From Narcine bancroftii (taxonomy: Eukaryota), in assembly GCF_036971445.1 (NCBI RefSeq), contig NC_091477.1, positions 4,898,001 to 4,962,000 of the forward strand: DNA of 64,000 bases, written 5' to 3'. Positions 61,521 through 64,000 of the stretch are shown here, piece after piece; positions within the stretch are counted from its first letter, which is position 1, and every line of letters starts with the position of its first letter. A program made the translations under genes and the position numbers. The notes under the pieces were generated by a model. The model did no database searches. It worked only from the letters and a program-made list of their open reading frames with translations, and had not been told where the DNA came from.

Positions 61521-63429
61521 TGATCACTCTGCTGAGTTTCTACAGCACATTTGTATATTGCCCTTAATTCCAGCATCAGCAGACATCTTGGTTAATTCTG
61601 CTCTTTAATCCACTTTCATTCTCTCTGATATCTTCTTAAAGAATCTTGTGTGATCAATGTTAATGTAATGCAGAGGCTGCACATTCACCCACCCTTTCAG
61701 GATACTCTTCATCCATTCAGTGACATTATAGATGCTGGACCCAGGGAAAGTATCAAAACATCCTGAAATGACATCTTCAGCCACCCATGTGCCTGTCTCC
61801 TTTTATTGACTCTCCTCTTGTGTTTGTTGCCTGACTCATGTTCCTACCCTTCTGTACTGCTGAATCCCTCAAAGTGATATGCTCCTGGTTGTGGTTGTAG
61901 TCCACTAAATACCACTATTTTCACCACTGCTTGAAAGGGAAAATTTATTTACGAACCTGCACAACCTGCCTGCTCTTTTTTTCTGCTCTTCAGTCATCGA
62001 ATCCCTTTCTGCCTGCACATTACTCAGCTTCAGTGTGACCTGGTGCCATGAGCATGAATACCTGCTCTCCATGAAATCTTCAGCCTCTGTAATGCACCAC
62101 AGATTGCATTTATTGAAATCTTGATAAAATCTCCCCTGAATATCATCCGTCTGATAATAACATTCATTCTCCATGTCCTAAATGCTTGTTGCTTGCATAA
62201 AGTGTGGCTCCTGAACTACTCAACCAATTCCTTTCAATATCATAAATCTTAATCAATGGCTAAATTACTGTATTCTAGGATTTGCAAAGCTGTACTGTAT
62301 TGTGCATTCATTTCTCCTCACAACCCCAGAATCTCCAATCCACTCTTTCAAATTGTAATTCATCAATTCTAAGGGTGTTTTTTCCCCCAGAAGTACACAG
62401 ATCATCCATATAAAGGACAATTAGCTTTATATCGCTCCACACCAGTTACAAAGACCAACATTCCAATAGCTATTTAATAACAATGTTATTGTACCTACAT
62501 TCTGTATTTTAGATTTTACTTGACATAGATTCTAAGTCTTTCCACTTCTGCTTGTTATAGGTTCTTACAGCTCAAATAATACTTGCATCTATTCCTTTCT
62601 CTCCGAACTTATTGTCCTATCACTTACCTACCTTGAAACCAAATGAGGACTCACATAATTATCTAATAATGATGATATCAATCTAACTTCTTAAAATGTC
62701 TAGACAGTATGCTGAAGAAATATTAAATAAAAAGTTAGTCAATATTTAGAAATGTTTTTATATATTCATGTTATATTGAGAATTGGTGAGATCACACCTC
62801 ATTAAAAGCACAGAACTACCAAACATGCCATGCAAGGATAATCAAACCTTGATGAGTTTTAGAGGAGGTACACTAATTGCTCTAAATGTAAAATGCATTG
62901 CCTATGACAGGTCATTACAAATCTAATTTTTATAAAATCATTAAAAATTAAGTGATTTAATTAAGAACCATGTTACATCTTACAAGAAAATAATAGTCCA
63001 CTGGAAGCAAAGTCAATGAGAATTAACCAATATGAATTATGAAAATGTTCTATTGCGAACAGTAGTAAAGTGTGAGCAGAAATAGTAATTCAAACATAGC
63101 CCTTAGCACTTGCAAATACAAATTAAATCAAGATTGGAAAATAATAGTACATTGGAGGTGATATCAAAAGTTTGTCATTAGCTTTTTTAAATTCTAAGGT
63201 GACATTTCAAATCTGAATCAAGAAGAAATTAAGAGCAGGGGAATTATATTTCATAATCTTAGAGGTGGCTTGACGTTGACATGGGACTAAATCCCCCCCC
63301 CCAAAAAAAATAAGCAGGTTGGAAAATTAATATGACAACCATTGAATTCTAACCCAAGCCAATGAGAAAGTTCTTGGGGAAACAAGGAAAGGCAAATTAC
63401 CAATTTAAACATATTGCTCAAAGAGAATT

Positions 63430-64000
63430 TTACAGCAGATTCAGAATCAGAATTTATTATCTTGACGTGTGTCATGAAATTTGTTGTTTGGCAGCAGCTT
63501 CACTGCAAGGTAGTGTCTGGGGTTCATTGTCCATTCAGAAATCTGATGGCGGACAGGAAGAAGCTGTTTTTGTACCATTGAGTGCTTGTCTTCAGGTTCC
63601 TGTACCTCCTTCCTGATGATAGCAGAGTGAAGAGGGCATAGCCAGGGTGGTGGGGGTGCTTGAGGATAAAGGAAGCTTACTTAAGACACTGATCTCATAG
63701 ATGTCCTTAATGGAATGGAGACTGATGCCCATTATGGCGTTGACTGAGTTCACAACTCACACTGGCAATTCCATAACAGACAGTGATACAACCAGACAGA
63801 ATATTGTCCACGGTGCACCTGTGGAAATTTGCAAGAGTCTTTGGTGACGTACCAAATCTCCTCAAACTCCTAATTAAGTATATCCACTAGTGAGCCTTCT
63901 TCATGACTGCATCGACATGGAGGCCCCAGGACAGATCTTCAGAGATGTTGACACCCAGGAATTTGAAGTTCTTTACCCTTTCTACTGCTGACCCTTCGAT
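63430..64000 (-). mobile_element. L2/Rex-like LINE fragment
   Basis: CACCCAGGAATTTGAAG (FKFLG on minus strand), GGAAGAAGCTGTT..CTGTACCTCCTTCCTGATG segments. Confidence 0.55.

Noticed and set aside
55100-64000. Search for Pcdh constant exons after exon 7 (e.g. acceptor at 56807)
   Set aside because: No alpha/gamma-like constant peptide (PNxDWR, PXXP, Lys-rich tail) found; the 56808 frame stops after 14 codons; constant exons probably lie beyond the window

Overview
Vertebrate (very probably cartilaginous-fish/elasmobranch) genomic DNA covering part of a clustered protocadherin (Pcdh) locus. It holds seven intact, tandem, same-strand ~2.4-kb variable exons (signal peptide, EC1-EC6, TM, variable cytoplasmic domain) and one internally deleted Pcdh pseudogene. 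Each of these eight units, including the pseudogene, is preceded by a conserved CSE-type promoter (TGCAGT module, GTGTCGCTG core, CCAAT box). Six exons end in phase-0 GT(A/G)AGT donors; their constant exons are not recognisable in the window. The first exon belongs to a different paralog class: divergent promoter, different cytoplasmic motif, no canonical donor. It is followed by candidate micro-exons, suggesting a subcluster boundary. Intergenic DNA carries two very young RTE LINE copies, many CR1 fragments, an L1/Tx1 relic, three related solo LTRs, V-SINE/HE1-like SINEs, Penelope relics with hammerhead-like motifs, a hAT MITE, microsatellites and five N-gaps. Taxon and family assignments come from motif recognition, not database searches.
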